From assembly GCA_965200965.1 (NCBI GenBank), contig OZ241744.1, positions 1,184,001 through 1,248,000 on the forward strand: 64,000 nt of DNA, in the 5' to 3' direction. The position numbers and the translations under genes were made by a program. Under the pieces are notes generated by a model, which saw only the letters and a list, made by a program, of their open reading frames with translations, searched no databases and had not been told where the DNA came from. Positions 43,287 through 52,461 of this stretch are shown here, in pieces. This DNA is from an uncultured Candidatus Binatia bacterium. GTDB lineage: Bacteria; Desulfobacterota; Binatia; Bin18. Numbering within the stretch: position 1 is the first letter of the stretch; every line of letters begins with the position of its first letter.

Positions 43287-43675
43287 GGCTGCGGCCCGTA
43301 GCGCTGCTCAATAAAATCGTAAATCTGGTCCGGGGGAGTGCCCATCATAAACAGAGAGTGCGCGTCCAGCGCCTCGCTCACACAGTGCGGTCAACCGGCC
43401 GCATGGTCGTCACGAAAGCAGTCCAAAAGATTGCGGTGGCCTTGGGACGTGTCGCAGCCACAGTGACAGTTGAGTTCGGCCAGGACCTCGGGCAGGTCTG
43501 CCGCGACTTGGTAGGCTTGACGGAGCTTGCCGGTGAAGAGGTCTGGGGGCAGCGTCGCCGGTGAGGCTGGGGAGCCCAGCTTGGCCGGTGGGGATTCGGC
43601 TGGTGAGGATTCGGCCCAACTCAGAGCGCTCGGGCTCAGGGTGACGAGGCAAGCCAGAATCAGGTGTTTCCGCAT
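43283..43675 (-). CDS. Secreted PCYCGC/CxCxC-family selenoprotein (Sec at UGA 43391-43393)
   Basis: Signal peptide, CHCGC, H.NLLDCF, DHAAG-TGA-PHC, then 35 sense codons in total after the TGA to a TAG. TGA sits at the first Cys of the family CxxC. Confidence 0.85.
43352..43385 (-). promoter_or_regulatory. Candidate bacterial SECIS hairpin
   Basis: Starting about 10 nt after the UGA: GUGAGCGAGGCGCUGGACGCGCAC(UC). It can fold as GCGC-UGGAC-GCGC or GUG.GCG/CGC.CAC with G in the loop. Confidence 0.55.
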
Positions 43676-43773
43676 ACGGGTTCTCCTGAACAGGGAAAGG
43701 TGAAACACAGAAGTAGGCTCACATTTACACCCCAGGCTAGCATACGCGCACGGCCTTGCCTCCCCCATCCGGC

Positions 43774-44496
43774 TCACAAGATGCCCACATTCATCGGGCG
43801 GCGCTGGGTGAAACTGTACAGGCCAGCCGGCCGATGGGCACCGTGGCGGGTTTTGGGCAGGGGTTTGAGCAGCCCCGAGGCCAGAATCTTCCGCCGGAAA
43901 TTTCGCCGGTCCAAGGGGTGGTTCAGGATCACCTCGTAGATCGCCTGGATTTCGCGCAGGGTGAACTCCCCGGGCAGCAGGCTGTAGACGATATTCGTAT
44001 AGCCCAGCTTGGCCTGGAGGCGTTTGAGGGCGTAGGCGGCAATCACGCTGTGGTCATAGGCCAAGCGCGGCAGGTCGTGGACCGGAAACCAGTCAATACC
44101 GGCGTACTTGTCACCCCGTTTCAATCCGCGGTCAACAGAGGGTACCAGGGCAAAGTAGGCCACCGCCACGGTGTGCCAAGTTGGGTCCCGGCGGGCATCG
44201 CCAAAAGTAAAGAGCTGCTCAAGATACAGGTCTCGAACCCCGGTCTTCTCGTACAACTCACGGTAGGCTGCCTCGCCCAACGACTCGCCGAGTTCGACCA
44301 AGCCGCCGGGAAAGGCCCAGCGACCGACAAACAGGCCGGTTTTGATATTGACCAGCAGGGTTTGCAACCGGCCGTCGGTGATAGTGAACAGGACGGCATC
44401 AACCGCTACCCGGGGGGAGTGGGACGCGGTCGGGTCCGCTGGCGTTCGCGCGACACCCGGCCCGGCAACATCAACAAGAGAATGTAGCTTAGGCAC
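43774..44496 (-). CDS. nrtR: NrtR transcriptional regulator (Nudix + winged HTH)
   Basis: WAFPGG, A.REL.EKTG, LEQLFTFG...RDP, LAYDH, FTL.E....YE.IL...LDRRNFRRK. Confidence 0.9.
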   Translation of the reverse strand: MPKLHSLVDVAGPGVARTPADPTASHSPRVAVDAVLFTITDGRLQTLLVNIKTGLFVGRWAFPGGLVELGESLGEAAYRELYEKTGVRDLYLEQLFTFGDARRDPTWHTVAVAYFALVPSVDRGLKRGDKYAGIDWFPVHDLPRLAYDHSVIAAYALKRLQAKLGYTNIVYSLLPGEFTLREIQAIYEVILNHPLDRRNFRRKILASGLLKPLPKTRHGAHRPAGLYSFTQRRPMNVGIL

Positions 44497-45496
44497 TCAA
44501 CTCCAACATGCGGTCGATCGCCCGTTCGGCGGCCACCCGGATATCCTCGTCCAGGGTAATCTCGTAGCGCTGCACCCGCAGGGAGTCACGCACGCCGTCG
44601 AGGGTAATCATCTTCATGTAGTGGCACAGCTGGCAGCTCTTGTAGAACTTCTTTTCGGGAATTTCGAGCAGCAGCCGGTCGGACAGACCACACTCGGTGA
44701 CGATCAGAAACTCCTCGGCCGGACTGTCTTTGGCATAGCGCACCATGGCGCTGGTTGACAGCACCGCGTCGGCCAGCCGAATCACATCTTCCCGACACTC
44801 GGGATGCACCAGGACTTTGACATGGGGCAGCTTGTCACGCACCGACAGAATGTGCTGGGGGGTGATCTGGTGGTGGACATAACAGTTGCCCTCCCAGGAC
44901 AGGATGGTTTTGGTGGTCTGGGTCTGCACATAGCGGGCCAGATTCTCGTCCGGGACAAACAGGATGTGTTCGGTGTCGAGGGACTCGACGATCTGCACCG
45001 CGTTGGCCGAGGTACAGCAAGCGTCACACTCGGCTTTCACGTCCGCGGTGGTGTTGACATAACAGATGGTCTGGAGGTCGGGATAGACCGTGCGCAGTTC
45101 GTGCTTGCGCTCGGCCAGCGCCTCGCCGGTGATACTCTCGGCCAAGGAGCAGCCGGCCTTCAGGTCGGGCAGCAGAATTGTGCGCTCCGGGTTTACGACC
45201 TTGGCCGTCTCAGCCATAAAATGCACACCGCAGAACACAATTTGGTCGGACTCGACTTTTTTGGCCTGACGAGCGAGTTCGAGCGAGTCGCCGATAAAGT
45301 CGGCCACCTCGAAAATTTCGGGCCGCTGATAGTTATGGGCCAGGATGACCGCGTTGTGCTCCTGCTTGAGGTGGTTGATGTCGTGAATCCAGTCCGCATA
45401 TTCGGCACAGGCCGCGGGCGTGTATGCGCTGTCAAGCTGCGACAGATGGTCGTAGAGTTCTTGCGGGGTCTTTTCCCCGCCGTAGATAGGGTGCAT
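44489..45496 (-). CDS. nadA: Quinolinate synthase
   Basis: ILAHNYQ, GDSLEL, FCGVHFMAE, AGCSLA, YVNT, CTSANA, CYVH, HPEC, C.YMK. Confidence 0.96.
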   Translation of the reverse strand: MHPIYGGEKTPQELYDHLSQLDSAYTPAACAEYADWIHDINHLKQEHNAVILAHNYQRPEIFEVADFIGDSLELARQAKKVESDQIVFCGVHFMAETAKVVNPERTILLPDLKAGCSLAESITGEALAERKHELRTVYPDLQTICYVNTTADVKAECDACCTSANAVQIVESLDTEHILFVPDENLARYVQTQTTKTILSWEGNCYVHHQITPQHILSVRDKLPHVKVLVHPECREDVIRLADAVLSTSAMVRYAKDSPAEEFLIVTECGLSDRLLLEIPEKKFYKSCQLCHYMKMITLDGVRDSLRVQRYEITLDEDIRVAAERAIDRMLELSA

Positions 45497-45512
45497 ATTC
45501 CCTCCCCGGGGG

Positions 45513-45533
45513 TTTGCGTAGACTTGACGCATA
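45513..45533. promoter_or_regulatory. Putative NrtR operator
   Basis: Imperfect palindrome TTTGCGTAGACTTGACGCATA between the nadA -10 box and its RBS. Confidence 0.7.
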
Positions 45534-45561
45534 CTATGACCGTAGAATGGCCAGATGTCAA
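45533..45561 (-). promoter_or_regulatory. Sigma-70 promoter of nadA-nrtR
   Basis: TTGACA-17 nt-CATAGT on the minus strand. Confidence 0.65.
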
Positions 45562-45613
45562 GACCGCGCCCGGCCGTTTTGTTGAGGCGGGGGCATTATG
45601 GTATAGGGACGGT

Positions 45614-46483
45614 ATGAACTACCTGAAATCGGAGCCCTTTTCCATCAAGGGCCACCCGGAACTTGACGAGAGATGGGTACAGAATCTTATCGCCGACGAC
45701 CCTGCAATCCTCGGCTTAGGCGATCTGGAGTTGCGGGATAGGGAACGGAGACAGCCTCGTGCCGGGAGGCTCGATCTGCTCCTCCAAGATACCGAGACCG
45801 ATCGGCGGTACGAGGTGGAAATTCAGCTTGGGGCAACAGACGAGTCCCACATCATCAGGACCATTGAGTACTGGGATATCGAGAAAAAACGCTATCCACA
45901 GTATGAGCACGTCGCAGTGATCGTGGCCGAAGATATTACGAGCCGCTTCCTCAACGTGATTGCGCTCTTCAACGGCACGTTGCCGCTGATCGCCCTCCAG
46001 ATGCGGGCACTCCGGGTCGGCGACTCCATCACCCTGGTGTTCACCAGGGTGATGGACGAATTGGAACGCGGGCTTATTGACGATGATGAAGACGCCGAGG
46101 CAGCGCCAGCCACCCGGGCCTATTGGGAGCAGCGGGAAACGGGGGAGACGCTCGCTTTGGCCGATCGGGTGTTGAAGAGCGCGTGTGAACTCGATCCTGA
46201 ACTGAAGCCGAAATACGGTCGAAGCTCCATCGTACTCGAAAAGAATGGTCGATCGTATTCGTTCGTGAGGATTACGCCACGGAAGGAGTATCTCCTCCTG
46301 AAGGTCAAATTGCCGGATACAGACGAATTCCGCCAGACCATACAGGGTGCTGAACTTGACCTTTGGAAGTACGGGAGAAAACACTATGATATCCGCCTGA
46401 GGAAAGATGATCTCGAATCCAAAGCCGAGGCTGTCCAAAAACTCCTGCGCCACGCTTACGAATACCGACGGGATCATGACTGA
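45614..46483 (+). CDS. NucS/EndoMS-like PD-(D/E)XK-fold protein with a DUF5655-like C-terminal domain
   Basis: E.WVQ.LI..DP.ILGL, GRLDLLL, EVEIQLG..DESHIIRTIEYW. Start moved to MNYLKS. Confidence 0.72.
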   Translation: MNYLKSEPFSIKGHPELDERWVQNLIADDPAILGLGDLELRDRERRQPRAGRLDLLLQDTETDRRYEVEIQLGATDESHIIRTIEYWDIEKKRYPQYEHVAVIVAEDITSRFLNVIALFNGTLPLIALQMRALRVGDSITLVFTRVMDELERGLIDDDEDAEAAPATRAYWEQRETGETLALADRVLKSACELDPELKPKYGRSSIVLEKNGRSYSFVRITPRKEYLLLKVKLPDTDEFRQTIQGAELDLWKYGRKHYDIRLRKDDLESKAEAVQKLLRHAYEYRRDHD

Positions 46484-47445
46484 AGAGGCCTTAGCGAAGA
46501 TTCCCTAGCCCGGGCGTACAGGGCTTGGCCAAAGGCGACCCGCTCGGCTACCGACAGATTCTGAGGTGCGCTCCGCTCAACTGCCTCGATCAAGGGCCGC
46601 AAGCCGCGCCGATTGGCGAGCTGGATGAGGAGGCCGGGCCGGGCGTTCAACTCCAGCACACACGGGCCGCGGTCCACATCAAGCACTACATCAACGCCCA
46701 GGTATTTGACGCCGGTTGCATCCGCGCAGCGGGTGGCAACACGCACCAGCCCGTCCCACTCCGGGACCTGGACGCCGCTCAGCCCAAGCCCCGTATCGGG
46801 GTGCTCTCCCACCCAACATCGTCTCGCAATAGCCCCGCTGGTCACCCCGCTGACCAGGTCGATACCAAGGCCGAGGCCGCCGTTGTCCAGATTGGCCCGG
46901 CCCTGAGACCGGCGGGTTGCCAGGCGCAGCATGGCCATCAGCGGGATGCCCCGAAACACAATGACCCGGATATCGGGCAAGCCCTGGAAGCTGAGCCGGG
47001 CCAGGCTCGGGTGTGCCCGCAGACGGCGTTCGACAAAGGCCTCGTCATAGCGGTGGTTGAGCGAATAGACGCCGCTCAGGATATCGGACAGGTGGTTCTC
47101 CAGCGTCCGCACACTGAGTGTTCTGCCTCCCAAGCTCACCAACGCCTCGTCCTGACGGCCGGCAACGACGATCACCCCTCCTCCGCCCGTGCCCTGGGCG
47201 GGTTTGATCACAAAATCCTGCCAAGCGGCCGCGTGATTGGCAAACTGCTTGATATCGTGCTGAAAACGATACACCGCCAACGTCTCGGCAACCGGAATGT
47301 CGCACGCCCGCAAGCATTTCTTGGTGTGCAACTTGTGGATAGTTGCATGGGCCAGGCGGCGCGGATTATAGCGGGCGACCAAGTCGCGGTCTCGCCGGTT
47401 CAGACCAAGAAATTCCCGGGACACGCTGCGTAGCTGCCGCAACAT
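46474..47445 (-). CDS. Alpha-L-glutamate ligase-like ATP-grasp protein (RimK-related)
   Basis: LGLNRR, FVIKPAQGTGGGG, GLPDIRVIV, AMLRL...S.GRANL..GG, LELNARPG..IQLAN. Confidence 0.9.
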   Translation of the reverse strand: MLRQLRSVSREFLGLNRRDRDLVARYNPRRLAHATIHKLHTKKCLRACDIPVAETLAVYRFQHDIKQFANHAAAWQDFVIKPAQGTGGGGVIVVAGRQDEALVSLGGRTLSVRTLENHLSDILSGVYSLNHRYDEAFVERRLRAHPSLARLSFQGLPDIRVIVFRGIPLMAMLRLATRRSQGRANLDNGGLGLGIDLVSGVTSGAIARRCWVGEHPDTGLGLSGVQVPEWDGLVRVATRCADATGVKYLGVDVVLDVDRGPCVLELNARPGLLIQLANRRGLRPLIEAVERSAPQNLSVAERVAFGQALYARARESSLRPLQS

Positions 47446-47461
47446 TGGGGTATGTCCCGGT

Positions 47462-49573
47462 CTAGCTGCGGTCTGGGGCCGCGGCGCGGTGCAGTACACG
47501 GGCAAAACGCAGATATTCGATCAGGCGCAGGCCGCGCCAACAGCCGACCGCAAGCTCCAGCCCGATGATGACGAGTAACAGATCGGGAAAGGCCAGCAAC
47601 AGCGGCTTCAGATCGGTGTTCTCAATACACACATACGACACCAGAGCCACCAGCAGGGTATTGGCGGCCAGCCGCAGCGCTTCCCGAGTGCCGCGCTCCA
47701 ACTGGGTATTGCTGAAATTTTCTATCATATTGGCAAGAATGACCACGGGGAAAATCCCGACATGCAGCAGTGCCCCAAGGCCCAGCTGAGCGCCGACGAG
47801 GGTCAGTCCGGCCGTGCTCACCGCTACCACCGCAATCAGGATCGCCACCCGCGCAACGAGGTGCAGCCGGAGCCCTTGCAGGGCTAGGCGCAGGCCGCCA
47901 CCGATACCGATAATAGCGCCGAAGATCAGCAGGCCCCAGCCCAGACCGGTTGTCAGAAAAGCCAGGGCGAGCAGCATGGGGGCAAAAAACCCAAACGTCT
48001 CTACACCGATGAGATTGCGCCCAATGACCAGGAAAAAAGCAATGACGGGCAGCACCAGCATGGCGTTCAGCGCCAGCAGCGAGACCTCGGCTCGGATGGC
48101 GTGCTGCCACACGCTGACCACCCGGGCCCGCCACCAGCTCAGCTCAGCGTCGCCTTGAGGCGAGGGGCGGGAGAGCGCGAGGTCGGCCAGGCTGGTCTCC
48201 CACACATGGCTGGGGTCCGGCTGATGGGGCAGCAACACCACCGAGGCCGGTTCAAGCACGCGGTCTATCAGCGCCGCAAAGACCTTCCTGACTGGCCGGG
48301 CCACGCCGCTGGCTATGACCAGACGGGTGTTGGGCAGCCCATCCTCGAATCGAGCCTGGTCAAGCAGGGCGTAGAGCCCAGCCGCGTCGCGGGTCGTGAG
48401 CAGGACCAGGTTCGCCTCACGCAGGAGTGTGCGGTGAACTTCGAGAATGGTTCGCAGGCAGTCCTGGCGGAAGGCACGGGAGCCATCCAGGGTGGTGAAG
48501 ACCGAGGCGTTGACACCGGCCGCCCGGGCTCGGGCCAACAGCGGCTGGAGGACATGGTCTGGCAGCGGACTTTCGTGGATCAATACGACCGAGGCCCGTG
48601 CTCGGTCAACAGAGGCGGTTGCCGTCCAACATTGATCGTGGCCGTGCAAGCCATCCGGTTGAGGGGCCGTGTCTGTGGCCAGGGCAGCGCTGCGGGTCAG
48701 GCGCTGAATGACAAAGCGGTAGTCCACCGACCCCTGCCGGGTGTGGACCAACAGCGGCAGATCGTTACGGTAGAGAGCCAGATAGGTATTTGGCAACCAG
48801 CCAAGATAGCCACCGGCCGGATCGACCGGAATCCAACTCCGACCAACAAACGCCTCAGCCCAATATATCGTTGTGCGCGCCTGCCCGACATCGCCGAGTC
48901 GAATCCCGCCGACCACCCGGGCCGGAATGCCAACCGCCCGCAGGACGGCCACCAGGGCCCGCGCCTTGCCGGCCCGGCCGCCCCGCTCGGCGTTGAGGAC
49001 GGCCAAGGCGTCGTTGGCGGTTTCGGAAGCGGACGGCGGACCAAAGTCGGCAATATAGTCGTACAAAGCCTCGAGCGCGTGGTCGAGACGCTGGGCGTGG
49101 TGGACGACACGCCAGGCCTGTTGCTGAATCTGGGGCATATTGCTCTGAATCATCTCAGACGCGGCCAGATAGGGCAACGACTCAGCGGCGACCGTCTGGA
49201 ATGGAAAAGCGTGCCGGGGCAGCACAGTCCGGACCTCGCTGATCTGCACGGTGTAGGCGTAGCGAATGTACCGGGGCGCGGGCGGTCTGTCCGTGACCCG
49301 CCAATGGCCCCACAGGTTGACCTCGTCGGTCTCTTCCCAGTACCGGACTCTGGGGGTGTGTGTACGCCGCGAGACAATGCTCTGACGGCCGTCGGACAGC
49401 GGCAGGAGCATTTTGATATGGGTGCCGGGTGCCGCTGCCGTGAGGCTGAGTTGGACGTGCACATCCCAGTAGGCGCGAGCTGCGGAGCCGTCGGCTTGGA
49501 CCGGACGGGATGGGGCGATGAGCGCCAGGACCAGGAGGGACAGCCAGACCCGGGCGGGGACAATACGACGCAT
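47462..49573 (-). CDS. Inactive transglutaminase fused to a 7TM domain
   Basis: Signal peptide; transglutaminase core (LRAVGIPARVVGG, WAEAF...WIPVDP) without the catalytic Cys; C-terminal RN.IG.ETFG.F.P.L and IFPVVIL...IE 7TM motifs. Confidence 0.85.
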   Translation of the reverse strand: MRRIVPARVWLSLLVLALIAPSRPVQADGSAARAYWDVHVQLSLTAAAPGTHIKMLLPLSDGRQSIVSRRTHTPRVRYWEETDEVNLWGHWRVTDRPPAPRYIRYAYTVQISEVRTVLPRHAFPFQTVAAESLPYLAASEMIQSNMPQIQQQAWRVVHHAQRLDHALEALYDYIADFGPPSASETANDALAVLNAERGGRAGKARALVAVLRAVGIPARVVGGIRLGDVGQARTTIYWAEAFVGRSWIPVDPAGGYLGWLPNTYLALYRNDLPLLVHTRQGSVDYRFVIQRLTRSAALATDTAPQPDGLHGHDQCWTATASVDRARASVVLIHESPLPDHVLQPLLARARAAGVNASVFTTLDGSRAFRQDCLRTILEVHRTLLREANLVLLTTRDAAGLYALLDQARFEDGLPNTRLVIASGVARPVRKVFAALIDRVLEPASVVLLPHQPDPSHVWETSLADLALSRPSPQGDAELSWWRARVVSVWQHAIRAEVSLLALNAMLVLPVIAFFLVIGRNLIGVETFGFFAPMLLALAFLTTGLGWGLLIFGAIIGIGGGLRLALQGLRLHLVARVAILIAVVAVSTAGLTLVGAQLGLGALLHVGIFPVVILANMIENFSNTQLERGTREALRLAANTLLVALVSYVCIENTDLKPLLLAFPDLLLVIIGLELAVGCWRGLRLIEYLRFARVLHRAAAPDRS

Positions 49574-49580
49574 CCGCTCG

Positions 49581-50615
49581 TCACCGACCACCCGGGCTTA
49601 GCCGACTGCCAGCTTGTACCGGGGCGACCCGCTCCCAGCCGCCGGGCTGGCAACGAAAGGCCAAGAAGCGGCCAACTAGCTCGTGGTACTGTCCGACACT
49701 GCTCAACTCTTTCATCGCCAAACGGAAGGATTTACACGGCCCAAAAGACCGGGCGTAGTAGTCAATCACCTTCCGAAACTGGAGACAGGCCAGCTTTTCT
49801 CCGCGCAGTTCAACGCTGCGGAGAAAATGACGGGTCATAAAGGCGATGCGTTCTTCAAGGCTGGGGGCGGGCGGCGGGGTATTGTGCAAGCCGGCCCGGA
49901 TCTGGTGAAAGACCCACGGGTTGGCCACCGCGGCCCGGCCGATGGCCACTCCGGCACAGTCCGTTTCGTTGAGCATACGCCCGGCCGTTGCCACATCACA
50001 GATATCTCCGTTGCCAAACACCGGGATGGAGCGGACCGATTCGACCACCCGGCGAATGCCGGCCACATCAACGCTGCCGCCAAATGCGCCGGCCCGGGTC
50101 CGGCCGTGAATCGTCAACGCCGCAACCCCCGCGTCTGCCAGAAGCGGCGCAACAAGGGCCGCGTCGAGCCGCGTCGCGTCCCAGCCGAGCCGTGTTTTGA
50201 CGGTGACCGGAATCGTAACCGCTCTGGTGATAGTCTCGATAAACCGTGCGGTTCGCCTCGGATCTTTGAGCATCGCCGCCCCCGCTCCGATTTTGACCAC
50301 CTTCTCGACCGGGCAGCCCATATTGATATCAATCAGGTCGGCCCCCCGCTCTTGCAGCTGCAGGGCAGCGTCACGGACCTCTTCGGCAACCGGGCCGAAC
50401 AGCTGGGCGCTTAGCGGGGCGTCCTCGGCGCGTGTCTCAGCCAGGGCAAACGCCTTGGGCTGCTTTTCCAGGAAGGCCCGTGCATGTATCAGCTCGGTCG
50501 TGGCCAAGCCAAAGCCGCCCAACTCACGCATACACAGCCGGAAAGCCAGGGTGGTATACCCGGCCAGCGGGGCGAGGCACAGGTTGGAGTTGAGCGCAAC
50601 GGTTCCGATTTGCAT
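49581..50615 (-). CDS. dusB: tRNA dihydrouridine synthase
   Basis: LAPLAG, QLFG, DINMGCP, VTVKTRLGW, IHGRT, GNGDI, IGRAA..NPW. Confidence 0.9.
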   Translation of the reverse strand: MQIGTVALNSNLCLAPLAGYTTLAFRLCMRELGGFGLATTELIHARAFLEKQPKAFALAETRAEDAPLSAQLFGPVAEEVRDAALQLQERGADLIDINMGCPVEKVVKIGAGAAMLKDPRRTARFIETITRAVTIPVTVKTRLGWDATRLDAALVAPLLADAGVAALTIHGRTRAGAFGGSVDVAGIRRVVESVRSIPVFGNGDICDVATAGRMLNETDCAGVAIGRAAVANPWVFHQIRAGLHNTPPPAPSLEERIAFMTRHFLRSVELRGEKLACLQFRKVIDYYARSFGPCKSFRLAMKELSSVGQYHELVGRFLAFRCQPGGWERVAPVQAGSRLSPGGR

Positions 50616-50625
50616 CCCAACCACC

Positions 50626-52461
50626 CTAGCGCCGATCAAACTGTCCTTCCAGTTGCTTGATCGACATGCGGACCATTGTCGGCCGGCCGTGCGGGCAGGT
50701 AAAGGGCGATTGGCAGGCCAGCAAAGATCTCAGCAGGGCCTTCATCGACTCGGGCGTCAGCGTTTGGCCGGCTTTGACCGATTTGACCTTGCAGGCGACC
50801 CGCGCCGCCAAGTCTGCCTGTTTGGCCGCAACCGAGTCCTCAGACCGGCCATCGGCGCGGGCTTGAGCGAGCTCAACAATCAGCTCTGGGGTGTCAGCCG
50901 GACGAAAATACGGTGGGGTGGCTTGGACCTGATAGGTCTTGCCGCCAAACGGCCGAATATCAAAACCGACGCGGGCCAAGTAGGTGTGCAGCTCGTCCAG
51001 GGCGGTCCGGGCCGAGGCGTCAAGCTCAAACATGACCGGCAGGAGCAACGCCTGTGACTCGCCCCTGCCGGTGCGTAAGCTGGCCAGCACCTGCTCATAC
51101 ACCACCCGCTCATGGGCCGCGTGCTGATCCACCAGCCACAACTCGGCTTCTACCTCAACCAGGATAAACAGTTCGTGGCTCTGGCCAAGCACTCGAAAAG
51201 CCGGGTCCTGGGGGCGCGGCAAAAGTTCGGGCTGGGCCGGCTCGGCTCCCGCGGCGGGGGACGAGAGGGAAAGAGGAGTGGCTTCCCGGACCTGGGGTGC
51301 CACACGGAGTGCGGCTTGGCGCGGTGGCCGGGAGGGCGCGACCGGTGTTGAAGGCTGCGGGGGGCGGGGTAGGGAAGAATAGTCCGGGATCGGACTCTCG
51401 TCGCTCAGCGTCCCGGATGCGGCGGGTGGGGCTGGTAGATCCAGGCGCTTAAACAGATTGGCCCGGTCGAGCGTACGGCGAACTTGGCGGACCAGCGCCT
51501 CCAACACCGCCTGTTCATCCTGAAACTTTACCTCACGCTTGGTTGGATGCACATTGACGTCGACCTCGCGCGGCGAAACGGCCACAAACAGCACGCCGAC
51601 CGGAAAACGTTTGGCCGGCAGCAGTTCGCCGTAAGCGCGGCTCAGGGCAGAAGACAGCGGCTGGCTTTTGACTTGGCGGCCATTGACATACAAGTACTGG
51701 CCGGTGCGGGTGTTTTTGGTGTGGTCGGGTGGTCCGAGGATGCCGCGCAGCCGGACTGCGGTGTCCTCCATCCCGTGGTCGGTCAACATGAGGCTGGCCG
51801 ACCACAGGTCTCCCAGGACGGCTTCTGCCCGCAGACGCAGCGCCTGTGGTCCGCTGTGCGGCAAGGCGTCAAAGACGAGCTTTCCATCCCGACTGAAAAC
51901 AAATCGCAACTCGGGCCGAGACAGTGCCAGTCCAATCAGGACATCCTCAATATAATTACCCTCGGCGACCGGCGACTTGAGGAAGGCCCGCCGCGGGGGC
52001 GTATTAAAAAAGAGGTGCCGAACACTGACGGTTGTGCCCCGGCTGGCCGCGATGGGCGAGGATTCGGCCGGCTCGCTGCCGGCAACGCGGACACAGCTTC
52101 CCTCTGGCGCATCGCCCGTGCGTGACACAATCTCCAGACGCGATATTGCCGCAATACTGGCCAGGGCTTCCCCTCGAAACCCCAAGGTGGACAGCCCAAA
52201 CAGGTCGCTGCTGCGGCGGATTTTACTCGTCGTGTGGCGCTGGACGGCCAGCAGCATGTCCTCGGGCGACATGCCCTGGCCGTCGTCGTGGACCGTCATC
52301 TCGCGGCTACCGCCCTCCACAATCTGGACGCGGACCGTCTGGGCACCGGCGTCAATCGCGTTTTCGACCAGCTCTTTGACGACCGAGCCCGGCCGCTCAA
52401 TGACCTCACCGGCCCGAATCTGCTCAACCGTTCGTGGGTCGAGGCGCTGAATCCGACTCAT
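50626..52461 (-). CDS. mutL: DNA mismatch repair endonuclease MutL
   Basis: KELVENAIDAG, GFRGEAL, DVNVHP.K.EV, DQHAAHER, ACK, CPHGRP. Confidence 0.97.
   Translation of the reverse strand: MSRIQRLDPRTVEQIRAGEVIERPGSVVKELVENAIDAGAQTVRVQIVEGGSREMTVHDDGQGMSPEDMLLAVQRHTTSKIRRSSDLFGLSTLGFRGEALASIAAISRLEIVSRTGDAPEGSCVRVAGSEPAESSPIAASRGTTVSVRHLFFNTPPRRAFLKSPVAEGNYIEDVLIGLALSRPELRFVFSRDGKLVFDALPHSGPQALRLRAEAVLGDLWSASLMLTDHGMEDTAVRLRGILGPPDHTKNTRTGQYLYVNGRQVKSQPLSSALSRAYGELLPAKRFPVGVLFVAVSPREVDVNVHPTKREVKFQDEQAVLEALVRQVRRTLDRANLFKRLDLPAPPAASGTLSDESPIPDYSSLPRPPQPSTPVAPSRPPRQAALRVAPQVREATPLSLSSPAAGAEPAQPELLPRPQDPAFRVLGQSHELFILVEVEAELWLVDQHAAHERVVYEQVLASLRTGRGESQALLLPVMFELDASARTALDELHTYLARVGFDIRPFGGKTYQVQATPPYFRPADTPELIVELAQARADGRSEDSVAAKQADLAARVACKVKSVKAGQTLTPESMKALLRSLLACQSPFTCPHGRPTMVRMSIKQLEGQFDRR

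Noticed and set aside
44804-45613. N-terminal extension of the 559-aa ORF
   Set aside because: Antisense to nadA and its promoter; the real gene starts at 45614.
48101-49840. 579-aa plus-strand ORF (and similar long ORFs at 58848-60155, 54865-56025, 34047-35159)
   Set aside because: Antisense shadows of well-supported genes in high-GC DNA, with no motifs.
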